The notes beneath the pieces were generated by a model. That model was given only the letters and a program-made list of their open reading frames with translations, did no database searches and was not told the DNA's origin. Made by a program: the position numbers and the translations under genes. Of a stretch of DNA of 64,000 nucleotides, positions 1-14,900 are shown piece by piece. Every line of letters starts with the position of its first letter. The stretch's first letter is position 1. Source of the DNA: Rotaria socialis (taxonomy: Eukaryota); contig CAJNYD010000050.1 in NCBI GenBank assembly GCA_905331295.1, positions 62,001 to 126,000 of the forward strand, written 5' to 3'.

Positions 1-323
1 GTCAATAGAAGTAATTGATTAAATGTGTTATTTATTGATGGAGTTAAATATGATGATGTAGAAAAATAATAAAGAGATTTTGATAAAGAACTTTTATTCT
101 TAATTGAACAATCTTGATCTATTTTTGATGACGATAATGATGTATCAATATCCGATAGAATTGATAGATTGCTTCCATTTAACGAATATATATGATTAAC
201 AGATGCTAGAATAATAGTATCAGTTACATCATCATAAACGAAACGCTGTAATGAATTAGAGAATTGTAGGCTTATTGATATTGATAATTTAATTAGATAG
301 AAAATAAGAATTAGAATTTTCAT
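1..323 (-). CDS. Plexin/MET-like Sema-domain protein, 5' part only (runs off window edge; not in ORF track)
   Basis: Open frame from ATG 323: MKILILIFYLIKLSISIS (signal peptide) LQFSNSLQRFVYDDVTDTIILASVNHIYSLNGSNL...DQDC...NNTFNQLLLL, matching the start of plexin Sema domains (..G.vN.iy.L..nL...C...dN.NklLl). Splice acceptor near 348 implies a 5'UTR intron. Confidence 0.65.
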   Translation of the reverse strand, partial: MKILILIFYLIKLSISISLQFSNSLQRFVYDDVTDTIILASVNHIYSLNGSNLSILSDIDTSLSSSKIDQDCSIKNKSSLSKSLYYFSTSSYLTPSINNTFNQLLLL

Positions 324-3300
324 TATTGAATATATCAGACATACGATCTAAAGTAAAAAACAAAAAGAAGTAATTCATACTATTAGAATGTTGATACTGC
401 TAGTTTGTATATCAGATGATATGTATAATCAAGCAAATGTGTGAAATGAATATCGAAAAAAAAACAATCAACTCTATTTTCATTCTCTCCCAGAAGATCA
501 AACGTAGTACGTGGAAGACGAAGGTTATCGCATTCCTTGCTTTTTCACGGCCAAATTAATGAGCGGCAAACGTGTAGAAAATAAAACAAACGAGAAACAT
601 AAACGAGTCATTCAAGAAAGAAAGAGAGAAAGAAAGACCTAAGATAATACTTTATAGCTATCTCTTTGTTGTTGTTACTCGCGTATAATATACATACGAT
701 GGAACAGTATCAGTCGGTTAGAAACTAGGAGGTCAAGTCTAATTAGCTGAACGACACGATCGCACGATGAATAAAACAGACAGAAAAAATATGGTTTGCC
801 TCTTTTATTAGACAAAGGGTAATAACAATTAACAAATAGAGGTGTCTCGACGCCTAATGTCATACGTGTCATCGGTAGTTAGTATCATTGGTAATATCTA
901 TATAAACACATGATCGCTGACACATTATTATCGTTGTCTGCATCATATGAATATACGATGTTCTTTTGTTTAATTTTTTTTCTTCTTATCATGATAATTT
1001 TCTTTTCATACTTTTAGAGAGAAACTATTAAAAAGAAAAAAAAGATTCAATTGTAAGAGTCAACAAAGAAGTTATTCGGTTGGAATTAAGATGCTTTACT
1101 TACCATAACAATGAATATAGTATGACACACATGACTGAAGTGTTTAAAAAGAAAGAGAAAAGAAAAACAAAATCCGGAAAACAGGCTTATATTTGAGACA
1201 TGTCTCAATTACTCGGTGATGCACAGCTTTAAGTGATACTTACAAAACTAAGCACAATACCTGGGAATAAACAGATGACAGGAGGAAATCCGGCAATCTT
1301 TCGAGAAAGAAAGAAAGAGAGAGAGAGCGAGAACAAGTGTAACGATATAAACGAGAAAGACAATTGAATGTTCATTTTCAATGGGTAGACATTAAATGAC
1401 AAGAAAAAATGTCTAATCGATTTCTGTTTCGCATTGTTATTTTTACTGATGGATATTGTATGTATTAGACCTTCACGTACATACCCCATTATGATGACAT
1501 TTAAACAGCTAAGTTGAAAAGTCACATACGAACAAGGGTAGTGACTGTGAGATCTCTCACTTCATTTCTGACTCACATGCAAACAAGAAAATAAATCTAT
1601 CGAAATACATTGCATTGTTGAAAAGATTATTATGAAGTTACTGAAGAAGATAGTCTAGTTCATTGGCCAAGCAGTACTATTGATTCATAGGTCATCGCCA
1701 CTCTCATCTATTCTATAACTAACCGTCAATATTGCAATTATTCTATCTCTTGAACAACGAATGTCAATCAACTTGAGACAGAGAAGCAAAATGAAAAAGA
1801 AAACAAGAGAGAAGTCGGTTTGATGTCTTAAACTGTGTTTCACACATAAGTATGATAAAATCAAGCTGTCTGATGCGTTCACTGAGAATAAGTTGATTCC
1901 CCGATGGTAAAAAATTCAGACTGATGGTAGTGACGCAAAAGAGACAGAAGGCACATAACGTAATTTAAACAAGCAATTAGATTCGCTACACAACACACAT
2001 TCTACAGCATGATTTCAAGTTATTATATATATATATATAAATATCGTTCTCTTGTGGTATAACATGTCTGTGACGAAAACATACAATCAACTTCTTAAGC
2101 ATCAAACGAGCAGCCATGATGCTTATTTTTTTTTCACACATTCCACATGCGCACATATAAATATATATATATATATGAGTATATGTGCATGTATTGGGAC
2201 ATGAAACGTGCAAACTAAATGCTAGTAAGAAAATGAAAGGGTCAAAATCGTTTACTATCATTAATTTGATTCGGAAACATTGACATCCGATTAAAAGAAA
2301 AAAAAATGAAACAACCATAGAAATCAACCTCATAAAAGAGAGAAGATTGCTTCATCAAATGAACGGCGGCGACAACTGATACAGACTTCTATACTATAAT
2401 TGTATTAGTTATTCTAATTCAACACTGTCTTTCTATAATTTATGCATGTGTGTGTCAATTTCGTTCATGATCAATTTGATTTATTCATTACAGTGTGTGT
2501 CTATCGGTTGACTAAAACTTGTGTACGTGCATACGCGTGCAATCTTGATCATTTTATGTCAAAAGCGAATCGTCAAGTGACTTTTAATATGCAACCATAA
2601 CAAATTAGGTTTTATCGTTATGTTAAGAAAAAGAAAATCAATGAGTGTACACAAAAAAAGAATAATCAAGAAACTGTAGAAAGTATCAATGTATCTCTTC
2701 TTAGCATCTAGTTCTTCTTCTTTCTTTTACTATGAACGCAAATTACTTACGTAAACAATATTACTCTATTATTATCACTACTGTCAGCATGACGTTAGGC
2801 TACTTATAACGTATGATAATGAGAAGTGGTGGATTGCTGTGTCCCATTTACATGAAACTGACAACGAAGACAAAAGTGTTCTTTCATTGAAGATGATGTA
2901 ATAATTTTAATTCATAATTTTTCTTTTGTATTTTCTGCTCAAGCAATAAAACAATCTACGGCATTGACAGAAATATCTTCATCGTTATTTGAATACATCT
3001 ATATCGATCACATCTTATTTATTACATAATGCTTATTTTATTAAGAGTGCATATATACTCAACTAGTCATCGCCTCTTTATTATAACCGTATTAATCTTT
3101 TACATTGTATGTGCATGTATGTTGGCATTAGAAAAGAAGAGAAAAAGAATGATACATACTAACATTAAAATGTTAGCAACATGAACAATTTATCGAACAT
3201 AAAATTTCTTCAAGGATAATGAAATGAATAAACAACAAAATGGTAAAACATAAAATGTTGAACTTACTCTTCACTGATTAAGTAGAATGGTAGTGGCTAT

Positions 3301-6300
3301 CTGGCATCAGAGATGGAACAATAATGGTACACACGTACATCACTAGTAGTAGTAGTAGCAGTCATAGTGAGTTGTGACGCAAGATCCGAAGTGCCACAGG
3401 CGAGTAACAAAAAAAAATGGGAAATAGCTATCTCATATAACCATCAGATCAATCGATAATGGATTAAGCAACACAAATCAGGCTTATCGATGAAAACTAC
3501 TAGTGAGTTACAAATAAATTACAGATATACATTGAAGATATAAAAAGTTATAAGATATAGATAGTATTTCTTTTGCTGAACAAATAATCGATTGTAATAA
3601 AAATAATACGGTCGTTCGCGACAAGAATGTTCAAGATAAGAAATAAAAATTGCATTTTGATTTTTATCATGAAAACATGTTCTTATAACGATACATTATT
3701 CTAAACATTTCTACTGTTCGCTCGACCGCCTTTAGTGTCCAAGAGGCAGTTCACATGCATCAATAATACTATGATGAAGATGATAATCATGGTATCCGTA
3801 TTACATTACAAGTTTATTCAACGAGATGACAGAACACTCGAGTGTTTACATACTGTGATACAACCATCTATAGAACTACTTTTTCTTTGCTTTTTTTAAT
3901 CTACAAAATGAATCTAACTACTAAACCAACAACTATAAGTTGTATTTGATCACATCTCAGTCTGCGTGATGATTTTCAAATATTGCACAACATGTACACG
4001 ATTTATACGGTTCATCAAACTAAGTAACAGACTGGAAACTTACTTGTTAAAACATACGAACAATTTTGATGGCATCATTGAAGAATACTAAGAAATTAAT
4101 TATTATGTCTTGATTGACTGTTAATTACATATTGATGATAGTATGATGATAATGATGTTTCATTCTGAATGTGAATTTTTTTATAACAAAGTCACCATAG
4201 AATTTATTAAATTATTAAAATAGAAGTATTTTTCTCTTTGATAAGTATTTCACTGTTAAAACAAAAGATAATTGGTCAATATCGAATAGAAAATAGAACC
4301 TTTTGACATTCTTTAAAATGACTTTTAGTAAGAATAAAAGAGACGAAAAAAGAACAAAGGCGAGAAGCGTTAATGTTGATCAATTGACTGACTAGCCAGA
4401 CAAGACGCAAAATTATAATTATTTGCACAAGACTGAAAAAGAAATTAGTTTACGTACAAAAAAATTCATCCTAAATAATGAAAGTGCTCGACTAATGTGT
4501 TCACACTCATATAGTGCTAATGACGATGATAATGACACAAGAACAAGATAAAGACGAAAGTAAAATAATTAGGTCAAATGGTTGACGCCGCAGGAGACCA
4601 CATTCTCGTTGCTCCATCTGTGAACGTATTTCTATCGTAAATATAGCGACAATTCTAATTCTTACTAATGTATAATTTAAACATGTGTATGAGAGTATAC
4701 GTATTAGTAAAAAAGAAAACGAGTGACAAGTATGACGCAAATAATAATTTAGAATCGGAAATCATACTGACAGTTGATGATGTAGAAACATGGCTACTAT
4801 TATCTTTGTCCAGATCATATGGCCAGAGAGAGAGAGAGAGAGAGAAATGAATAGAATACCACACTATAGCTGTACCCGATCTACTATATACAACCTTTTG
4901 TCTTGAAACAGTGACTTGCTTAACATTATGATTCTAATATCTGATGATTCTTTTTTTTAAATATAGACTCAGTATTGATATTCGACTAAAATATTTCATT
5001 CAAACTAACTACTTATACTAGAAGTTATCGATGATAATGATGATTTCATGATTATAGTATAGTGATACAAATAATAAAAATGTAATTTAAACAAACGTTT
5101 ATTTACTTTTTACTGTTTAGCAGTTCCAATTATAAGCACTCGATCAAGTCGATAATAGATCTCATTTGGAGATTGTACAATCTAGAAAGTTGATGGTCTG
5201 TAATTCAGGACAGAAGAAAAAATAAAGAAAGAAAAAAATAAGGAAGGAAAAATTGGTATGACCATTAATTATATCATTGCATGATTGTACAGTCAAGTGT
5301 AGTGCATCGTTTGGTCACGCAAGATGTTAGCAAGAAAATAGCGAAGATCAAAGTATCAAATAGGAGATCATTTAAAGAATACATAACTAATTTTGCAATG
5401 TATTCGGTTGCCAGATGGTTCTTTAATGTTGTTCAACTAAGTTACAGAGTGAGAAGAACGAGAAGAAAAAAATTATTATTTATTTTTGATTGAACCACCC
5501 TCATGTATATGATATGATTGTATATCGTTTTGTGTTTGTACAATACTCATTGTCATACTCGACATATGAATAAACGATTTTTCTGTTTGCTATTGTTGTT
5601 ATATCTGTTTTCAATTTAATTTTGCCTATCAATCCACTTAGGAAAAGAAAACGATAAGTTAAAATATAACGAATAGACACTAGTTCATGTGCTTTATCAC
5701 ATTGAACGTGTCGTTTCTTGTTCATGTCTTTTTTTTCTTTTGATGTATTACTCACTTGATCTAACTAATGAATTTCTACAAGATGATGAACTGTTTGTTG
5801 AACCGTGATCAACAATGACCTTGTGCCGCCAGTTAGGGTCATCTTTTTTCTTCTTCTTCTTCTTCTTCTTCTTATGGGAATGTGCTGTAAAAAGCAATTA
5901 GTTCAATGATAATCATATATGAGGCCATGACTATTGTGCTTTCCGGCTAAAAGAATTTCAAGTGCTTCCTCAAGCCTAATTAGGTATATAAACAGATGCT
6001 GAATAGATCGGCATAGATTTCAAATGACATCCTCTAGATTTTAATTTATGCACTGATTTTTGTTTCTAGTGATTATTATCAAACAGATACGTGTTCATAT
6101 TTGATCAATCAATGAAAACTTTAAAATAAATATGAATTCAGTTTAGTAGTAGAAAATTGATTTAGAGTTTTACTAGTCACTTTCTTAGTTTAAATCCAAT
6201 AAATATGTATTTTTATTATATTTATTTTATATTATTATAATTATTTTGTTGAAATAACAAGCAAACACGAAAGAAAATGAAGAACCGAAAAGGTTCGGAA

Positions 6301-6824
6301 ATGTAATGATAAGAGCGAACAATAAAACAATGCCACACATGCAGATGGACAGATAAGTATAATATTTCTATCTAACTGAGATAGTTCATTAGTTTTGAAA
6401 TTCTTAAAGACAAAAAATTTAACGGACGGCTAATTTTTTTAAATAGATACTTTCACCAAAGAAAACAATAGATATATAAAGCAAACAACGCATAAAAGGA
6501 AAAAAAAACATGGAATGTAACTGAAAAGCAAAAGAAAAACGATTCGATTGTCGTCAGATCGATAAATATTTATATAAAAGGAAAAGAAAGAAAGAAAGGA
6601 ATTCAGACCTTTTTGTTATCATCGCGGCTTATTCAAAAAGACTAGAAATTAAACGCACAGAGCTAAAGAAGATATTTACAAATTATAACGATAAGCGATG
6701 TTCACATAAGCATGTTTTTGTTGTTAAGACCGGTCTTATTCCATGTTGGAAAAAATGAGAGCAAAAAAAGAAGGAAACAGGATGTGCACCGGCGTCAACT
6801 TTAAAAAGAGCAAGTTCGTTGGTT

Positions 6825-8404
6825 TTATAATCGTTCATCTTCATAATCTCGATCTTTGATTCGTCCAGCTTTGATATCATCAATAGCAGCCCACAAATCA
6901 AAGATAAATTCATCAGTGAAATTAAATGCGCCAATTTCTGACTCATCAATAGCCATTGCAAAATCACTTGGATTCTTTTTATTTTGTGCAAAATCCCAAA
7001 TCTGTTGAGCTAAAATAGTCAAAAATAAAAACACATTTATTTTTAAATTAGAAAATAATATCATTTTAGTATCATCATCATTGATTTGAGAACTTACCAA
7101 GATCAGAATCGTTGATACCCATAAATGTTTCAAGAAGACCATTAATACGATCAATAGCTTTAACCATAGTATCATCAACATCTTCCACACTTGCTCTACC
7201 ATCAGCTTTAAATCGAAGAGTTTTTGTACCATTTTTAACATCACCCGTCTTACGGCCACGTTTAGCTGGTTCAATATCTATAAATTGTTTTCCATATAAT
7301 TATATAATACCAGAAAAAAAAACAACTTAAAAACATGACTTCTGAATCTTTCAATTTTCTGTTTACGTGTTAATTTAGTTTTTTTCTTATATCATAAAGT
7401 CAAGTAATCTATCTGAGAAGACCAGCGAAGACTAAAAAAACGAGTGCTAAAATTAAGACTGTGTCCAATGTTTTCTGATGAGAATTTCCTCATAGAATAT
7501 CAAATGTTTTGTTTTCTTGTAAACGAACTCATACTTAGAAACCTTTTTTGTTTCTATTAAATATATCTACGTACGAAATCCAAAAGCATTGGGTTCGACT
7601 AGACGCATTGTAAATGTTGAACCAACAGGAAGTTCTTTCAGCATTTTAGCAACTTCAAAATGTCGTGATCCAACTAATGATTTATCATTGATCTTTTCAA
7701 TGTGATCACCAACTTTTACTAATGTTTTAAGTCGATCAATAACGCTGCCTTCTTTAATTCGTTTAATAAAAGCATAACCTATTTCAAAGAAAAAAATAAC
7801 ATTAAAAAGAAATTTCTTAAAAGAAAAAAAAAGAATTTCAAACCAACCTGCTCCATTATCGGTTATTGTTAATCCAAGTGCAGCTTCAGATTTAACAATA
7901 TCAATTTCTTTTGCTTGTCCTTTAACATGAGCAAATATGAAATCAGTCAAACCGATTTGTCCACCCAATAATTGACTCATATCAATTTTATGTGTATTCA
8001 ATGTGCAAAAAAGAATCTTTAAGAAAACAAAAAATTTAAATCTTTTAAAATGAAAATCAGCTTACTGTTGGTACTGGAATTTCAAAGCAATCAGCTATTT
8101 TTTGATATAGTTCTCTAACATTACTAAAACCTGCTATAAGGCCCGTTGGACTACCGTGTGCTAATTGACAATGAAAAATAAGTTTAGGTGGATCGACGCG
8201 CGAGTCACCATTGGATGAACTAGCAGTTGAACGACGACTACTTGAAGAAGAAAATGATGATGGTCGGCTAGAATTTGTTACTGCCGATGAATTTGTATTA
8301 GGAGATGATGTGTTTGCTGTTATATCCGATATTGATGGAATAACACCATTCGTTGGATCATCCTTCTTAGCTTGAGATTTTCGTTTTGGAGGAAAGATTG
8401 GCAT
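6825..8404 (-). CDS. GIPC1: GIPC family PDZ adaptor (GH1-PDZ-GH2); exons 8404-8066, 8016-7848, 7778-7575, 7277-7098, 7009-6825
   Basis: [76 protein letters not shown] are GIPC signatures; all introns GT-AG and in phase. Confidence 0.95.
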
Positions 8405-8916
8405 ATTAAATGATCAATGTTAAATTAATGTAGGTTTTGTTCTATCAGCATACACAGTATCTAGAATGTACTATTCGAATAATATGTTGGTTATGCTTGT
8501 TTAGAATAAATTTCTGATACTATAAATATAAAATATTCGCGTACGAACTTAAGTCAATAAACTTAGTTTAGTTTGTCTCTGCTCACGTACAATTTTATAA
8601 TCGATTGAGACAAATAAATAAATAGAATTTATGTTTGTCCACAAACAAATTGGTGATTGGTTGATTCATATCATCAATCAGAAATCAATAGATCAAGTAC
8701 ATGCACTCTCCATGGTAACAAACACTATTATGGTTACATTTGCTGTAGACAGAAGAAAAGTAAAAAAAAATATTCATTCATTTTTTGTTGTTGTATTTTT
8801 GCATCAGAAGCCCCTCTTTAACTATTATTATAGCAATAAATAAAGAAATATAACAAACTCCAATATTGTATAAACATTATGCTCGATTCAATGCAGCTTT
8901 TATAAATTAGAACATT

Positions 8917-9210
8917 ATGGTAAGGAAAAATTGGTGATCCTATATCAGTTTGCCATTGTTCAATTTTTTTTCAATGTAGCCAACAAAAAAAGCTAAATCA
9001 GCAAAAACGGCGCGTGCAACAAGTGCATCACCAAAACGTAAATCTCGTGCTAAAAGTGCTGATGTACGTCCAGAAGTCGATGTTCTATCACCAGCGGCCG
9101 TAATCAATGCATATTATATATGCCACAATGTGTCTGAATGTTTAGAAGCACGAGGCTTTCCATGGGACGGCGCTAAGAAAGGCAAAAAAAAGAAGAAGAA
9201 GAAGAAATAG
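8917..9210 (+). CDS. SMKR1: Small lysine-rich protein 1-like, 77 aa (ATG 8917-8919, intron 8920-8979, exon 8980-9210)
   Basis: [10 protein letters not shown]...[47 protein letters not shown]; core matches recalled SMKR1 motif [36 protein letters not shown] at 9397. Confidence 0.85.
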
Positions 9211-9776
9211 TAAACTACTATTTAATACTGCTATTTTGATTTTCATTGCATTTTCATTCTTATTTTGAATGTTGTGAATATGCCATTCTTATTTTTCACT
9301 TATTTACTTCTTATGAATTTATGCCTTATGAAAAACTAGAGTCTTATATACTTTTGCTTCTTTTTGCTTGTTCCTGTAAGTGCTTTATTTAAGGTGAATA
9401 AAAGACTACTACGTAGACATTAAAAATTATTCTTTAAGTCAACAGAATCGGTCCTTTTTGTTTTTACTTTTACTTGACGCTTATACAGAAAACAATAGAT
9501 AGAAGTGAATATCGATATAGTCACTGACAAAAAACTAATCAGTAAAATAGTCGAACTAAAAAAGTAGCAAAAAATATTTTTATGAAGAAATTCACTAGGT
9601 ACATATATATATATATATATATATAAAGAGCATTGTTTCAATAACAACAGCAACAACAAGAAAAAAAATTGTACTCATCAAATTAAATATAAATGAAATT
9701 TGTCATAAGAAAGAACACAAATTTAAATAATTTCGAACAAAACATTTATATTATGTGTTTATAATATCTAATCGAA

Positions 9777-10811
9777 TTACATCCTAGAATAAATTTGATC
9801 CTGAGACAATGGTGGTACGAGAAGATAAGTATAAATTGCATAGTAATGAATAGCAGCACCAAAAAATACAAAGCAATGCCAAATAGCATGTGCAAATGGT
9901 ATGATACCATCACATTTGAAGAAAAAAATGCCACATAGAAAAACTAAACCACCAATAGCCAATTCAAAGATACCGGTATGATCTGTCTGAAATTGACAAA
10001 TAAATGGAAAAAAACCTATATATCAACCTTTGCTCAAGTGATTAAGCATACCATGTCAATAATAACAACAGCAGGCAAAACACCAACAATAACATAAAAA
10101 CATATTTCAAGCCATTTATACTTTTCATGATATAAAATCTGATATGTAATACCGAGCATACCCATTGTCCAAACAAGTACTACGCTAAAAATCGTTGATA
10201 TTATGGGAGTTGGACGAAGCAGAAGCCTAAAGAAATATGAACTAGAAATTACATCTATAATTATATTCTCGATTATAACCATGGTGTATAGCTAGCACAA
10301 ATAAAAATGTAAATAATCGCTCGATCAACTCGATGTAAGAAATGTTTCAACGTTGAATCTCTAGAAATAAATAAAATCGATGTGATTTAGTTACTAGGTA
10401 AAATTGATTTCTACCTGTATGTTGGATGAAAACACGAACAATGAAAAATAGTCGACGATGAAAAAAGAAAAATAAGTGCATTTCCATAGATAAGACTACT
10501 CCAATGTTGTGCTGGTGTCTTCGCATGATATATTAACTGTCGAGCAGCAATGAACGATGGGATAATTAGACAACCATGTGTTAAACAATTTGCTGCATGT
10601 TCTACATTGATAAAGTCTCATAGAAATCAAGATTATAATTGTACAAGCAGAAGACTATACCATGAGTTGTTGGTATATAAGCTCGATCTATGGCTCTTTC
10701 GTTCATAAATTGAAGCCAATATTTATGAGGTTTTTGTTCTTTTGACGTCGATGTTTTTTTATCGGAATCATTAAAAGTATTACAATTTACTGTACGCTTT
10801 TGCAAATGCAT
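9777..10811 (-). CDS. MMD: Monocyte-to-macrophage differentiation factor (PAQR10/11, hemolysin-III family), multi-exon
   Basis: FMNERA..YIPTTHEHAANCLTHG, DRAIIYIFICASYTPWL, YHEKYKWLE, FFKCDGIIPFAHAIWH..HYYAI motifs; in-phase short introns. Confidence 0.93.
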
Positions 10812-11985
10812 TTTTTATAACTAAGATAATAAAATGAGGATTGATGAGGTTTACAAAAAAATTTTCTATATACATTTGTCAGCGAAACAAGTTATCAATT
10901 ATATTATTAGATGTACACGTATTTTATCTAGAGATTCATTAAAAATAGTAATAACTATGAAAATATCAATTAATACACTCGATCACTTGATGGAAAACAT
11001 ATGTCGTCAACAAGATAAATGTAGACGCGGCTCTCAAATAGTTAAACTTCTTCTAAGATGTCGCACAAAATCAGATTATCTTTTGATGGTCAGAACAAGT
11101 AATGCAGTCTCTCTTATAATTAAGATTAACAGTAGAGAAACTTCAAAATTTCCTTTCTTTTTGAAGACCGAATATTATTTAGAAAGCAAATAAGAAGATA
11201 CGGATGAAAAATTTCAAAAAATAGACTCAGTTTTACCCACAAAAATGCAATAAAAAGTCACCATATATTAGAAAAAGATGACTTCTACAACTGTTCAGAA
11301 TTCGAAGAAAACTTCATGAAAATTTTGTTTACAAATGTATAAATATCATTTCAAATCATTCTCATAGAAGATAAGGATGCAATACAGGAAAACATTTCTT
11401 CATTCACACCCATACATAGTTAGATAGATAGGAAGGAGCATTCGAAGTTTCAAGACAGTCGAGTCAAATACGAAGCATACAGTGAATTTTCTAATTTAAC
11501 TCAAATTACAATTGAGGCATTATTTAACTTGATCTAGTAGATTTTGCACCTATATTCGCTCACTTAAATTATATTTTTGTCTTAGGATAATGTGAAGTAC
11601 ATGCCTCTATTAGCTGTCTGAGTCACCAAAATGATCAAAACTTGTCAAAATTCAGGACTTGTAAGAAATAAGCGCACTTTCTGTAACTGTCTCCTAGATG
11701 AAATATGAATAAACTCATTTAGAATTAATAAGGATGAAATGTTCGAGAGCACGCATTGTAATTCATGTATGCTGTGATAAATCTGTTACAGTTTTCTATT
11801 ATTCATGTAGTAGGAATAGTAGGTAGTAAACATATTTCGGCGAACATATCTTTCATTAAACATAGATGCAAGATATCTTCATAATAATAATGCTCTCAAA
11901 GAACGCAGGAATAAATAGTGAAAATATGCAAAAAATAGTGAGTGCAAGTTTGTATCTGATGAATAATAGTTCAATCAAAAGATGA

Positions 11986-14900
11986 TCATACACATAATTC
12001 TGCACTATTCAAATCACCACTGACGCCAAGGCCACCAGTAGCTAAGATTCTTCCATTAGTTAATACGGACGCAGCGTGAAAGTACCGTGCAATAGTCATA
12101 TTACCACCCATAGTCCAAAGTCCTGTTAAACTATTATACAGTTCTGCACTATTCAAAATACCAACAGAGTTAGATCCGCCAGCAACTATAACATTTCCAT
12201 TAGCGAGTATGGATGCAGTATGAACTTGTCGTGCAGTATTCATCTCACCAGTCCTTGTCCAAAGTCCAGTTGAAGGATCATACAATTCTGCACTATTCAA
12301 ATAACCAACAAAAGTATATCCACCAGCAACGAGAACCTTTCCATTAGTTAGTAAGGATGCAGTGTGAAGATACCGTGCAATAGTCATATTACCAACTTTT
12401 GTCCAAACTCCTGTTGAAGGATCGTACAATTCTGCACTATTCACATAGCCAACAGAATTGTATCCACCAGAAACTAAGACTTTTCCATTAGTGAGTATGG
12501 ATGCAGTTTGAGCGTATCGTCCAGTATTCAAATTACCTGTATACGTCCAAATTCCTGTTGAAGGATCGTACAGTTCTGTACTAGTCAAATAATGGCCCAA
12601 CTCATTATATCCCCCAACAACTAAAACTTTTCCATTGGCGAGTACCGATGCAGTGTGAGCATATCTTGCAGCATTCATATTACCAGTCATTGTCCAAATT
12701 CCTGTTGATGAGTTGTACCGCTCTGCAGTATAAGAATAACCATCAGAGTCATATCCACCTGCAACTAGGACTTCTCCATTGTTTAACATCGATGCAGTGT
12801 GATAGTATCGTAAAGTATTCATGTTACCAGTCGTTGTAAAAAGTCCTGTTGATGAATCGTACAACTCTGCACTAAACATACTGACACTATAAGAATATCC
12901 ACCAACGATTAAGACTTTTCCGCTGCTCAGTACTGTTGTAGTGTGCGTGTATCGAGGAGAATTCATACTGCTGGTATTTAACCATCCTATAAATAAATAT
13001 TTCCATGAAGCACTTAGCAGGTGTATAAATAAAAGCTATTCATATGTTCTATAAAAATTTATTTTATTTTTTTAACATTAAAATAACATTTTATCAAGTG
13101 TCTTACAATGAATTAGATCCTATGTATACGCGAAGCAAGAGCTAGTACTCGTGAAGTGTCTTCGATAGAAACATTTCGAGTCAATAATTGTGCTGGTTAT
13201 TTTTACGAGCTTCGCTTATCAAAACTTTATCAAATAGCAAACGAAGAAAAAAAGTCTGACTTGTTTTACTTCTGTAATATCGGTAAGTACAAAGAAATGC
13301 AATAAATACTGCAGTGAACTTTCCATCCAATTCATTGGATCTATCAACTCATGTATCATCAATTCTCTTCGATACCGATGTGTCATATAAGTGTCGTTAG
13401 TTGGAAAAAATTTCTCCAATGTCAAAAGTTGCATGATAGGACTAGCGTCTTATTGAAATAGAGCCTGAATATTTTCAATTTGAATGAAGAAACGTTTTGT
13501 ATTCTGATCAGATTCGAACCAATTCAAATATCAACTAGGAAATTGAACTTTATCTACAAATCATTCTTCATTCAATAGTGCATATATGCATATAAATTAA
13601 ACATGACATTATCTCAATATTATCCATATGGAATTAAAATATTCAACATGATGTATTTGTTGTAATCGTCAGCGAAAAACCTACTAACGTCGATCGCATT
13701 ATCCCATAGAGTCATGTTTACTAGTATGCATCAATGTCTTTTAATGTCTGTGCCGATATAAAATCGCATTATTCCTATTAATCACGGTTTATAAAACAGG
13801 AGACAAAAAGGGACCGCCAATTATTTTCTATATGTTCAACATCTATTTTCAAATATGTCAGAAAAATGAAAATACGCCTATAGTTAGTTTTATCGCGTCT
13901 GTTGAACTCTATCAAGTTCATTCAGTATGACGCTATGAAGAGAATCTGAGTACAAAGGCTTATTTACTTACTACTAGGTATATAAGTTGTCGTTGTCGTT
14001 GATGGTGTGGTCGATGTCTTCGATGTGGTCCTCGTTGTGGTCGCTGTGGTCCTCGTTGTGGTTGTTGTCGTCGTGGTCAATGTCGTCGATGTGGTCCTCG
14101 TTGTAGTCGATGTTGTCGATGTGGTTCTCGTTGTGGTTGTTGTCGATGTGGTCGACGTGGTCGATGTCGTCCTCGTTGTAGGCGATGTTGTCGATGTGGT
14201 CCTCGTTGTAGTCGATGTGGTCGATGTCCTCGATGTCGTCGATGTGGTTGTGGTTATTGTCGATGCGATCGTTGTTGTCATTGTTCTTGGAACTTCATAT
14301 ATAAAATAGTATATCATTATGTTAGTTATATACTCAATGAGAGTCTTCTTTTGTGGGAAATATTGAACAGCGAATAATTCTTTGTCGTACATATTTATTT
14401 CAATTACAACTGATCTATTGTTACCTTAATAACATCATCAAAACCAACACTCAAATATAAATAGTTGAGGGTGTGGCTACATTTCGTTATTTCCTTCACG
14501 CGGGGACAGAACCATCAGAGATCACGGTGTGCACTCAGTGTGAATGCGCATGTCGGTATAAATGCGACTACAGATGTTGATGTGAATTAGACTGGTACTG
14601 AAACCAATTTCGACGAAAATGATGTCTTCGATTTTACCAGATTGATCTGATCGATCTGGTGCATCTCTAGTATGGATATTGGACCCAGATGTGGCATCCA
14701 ATCACATCGATCCAAAAACAATATAATCGAGTAGCAGCTGAAAAACTAATGTACCATTATTAGCGGAGCGTATTCGAAATCTAGGTTCTTTTTTTCAAGA
14801 ATTTTCATTCTGCGTTTGCCTCTCATGTATGTTCTTATCACAATTTTTTGATTGGCATCGTATCTTGTATGCTTCATCTGTCAATCTATAACTTTTAAAC

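Noticed and set aside
675..5755. Numerous short ORFs
   Set aside because: Low-complexity F/L/I-rich translations of AT-rich noncoding DNA.
13219..13434. 71-aa ORF in Kelch gene intron
   Set aside because: No recognisable domain; flanking exons already join in phase without it.
14007..14309. Val/Asp-rich plus-strand ORF
   Set aside because: Antisense shadow of the Thr-rich exon.
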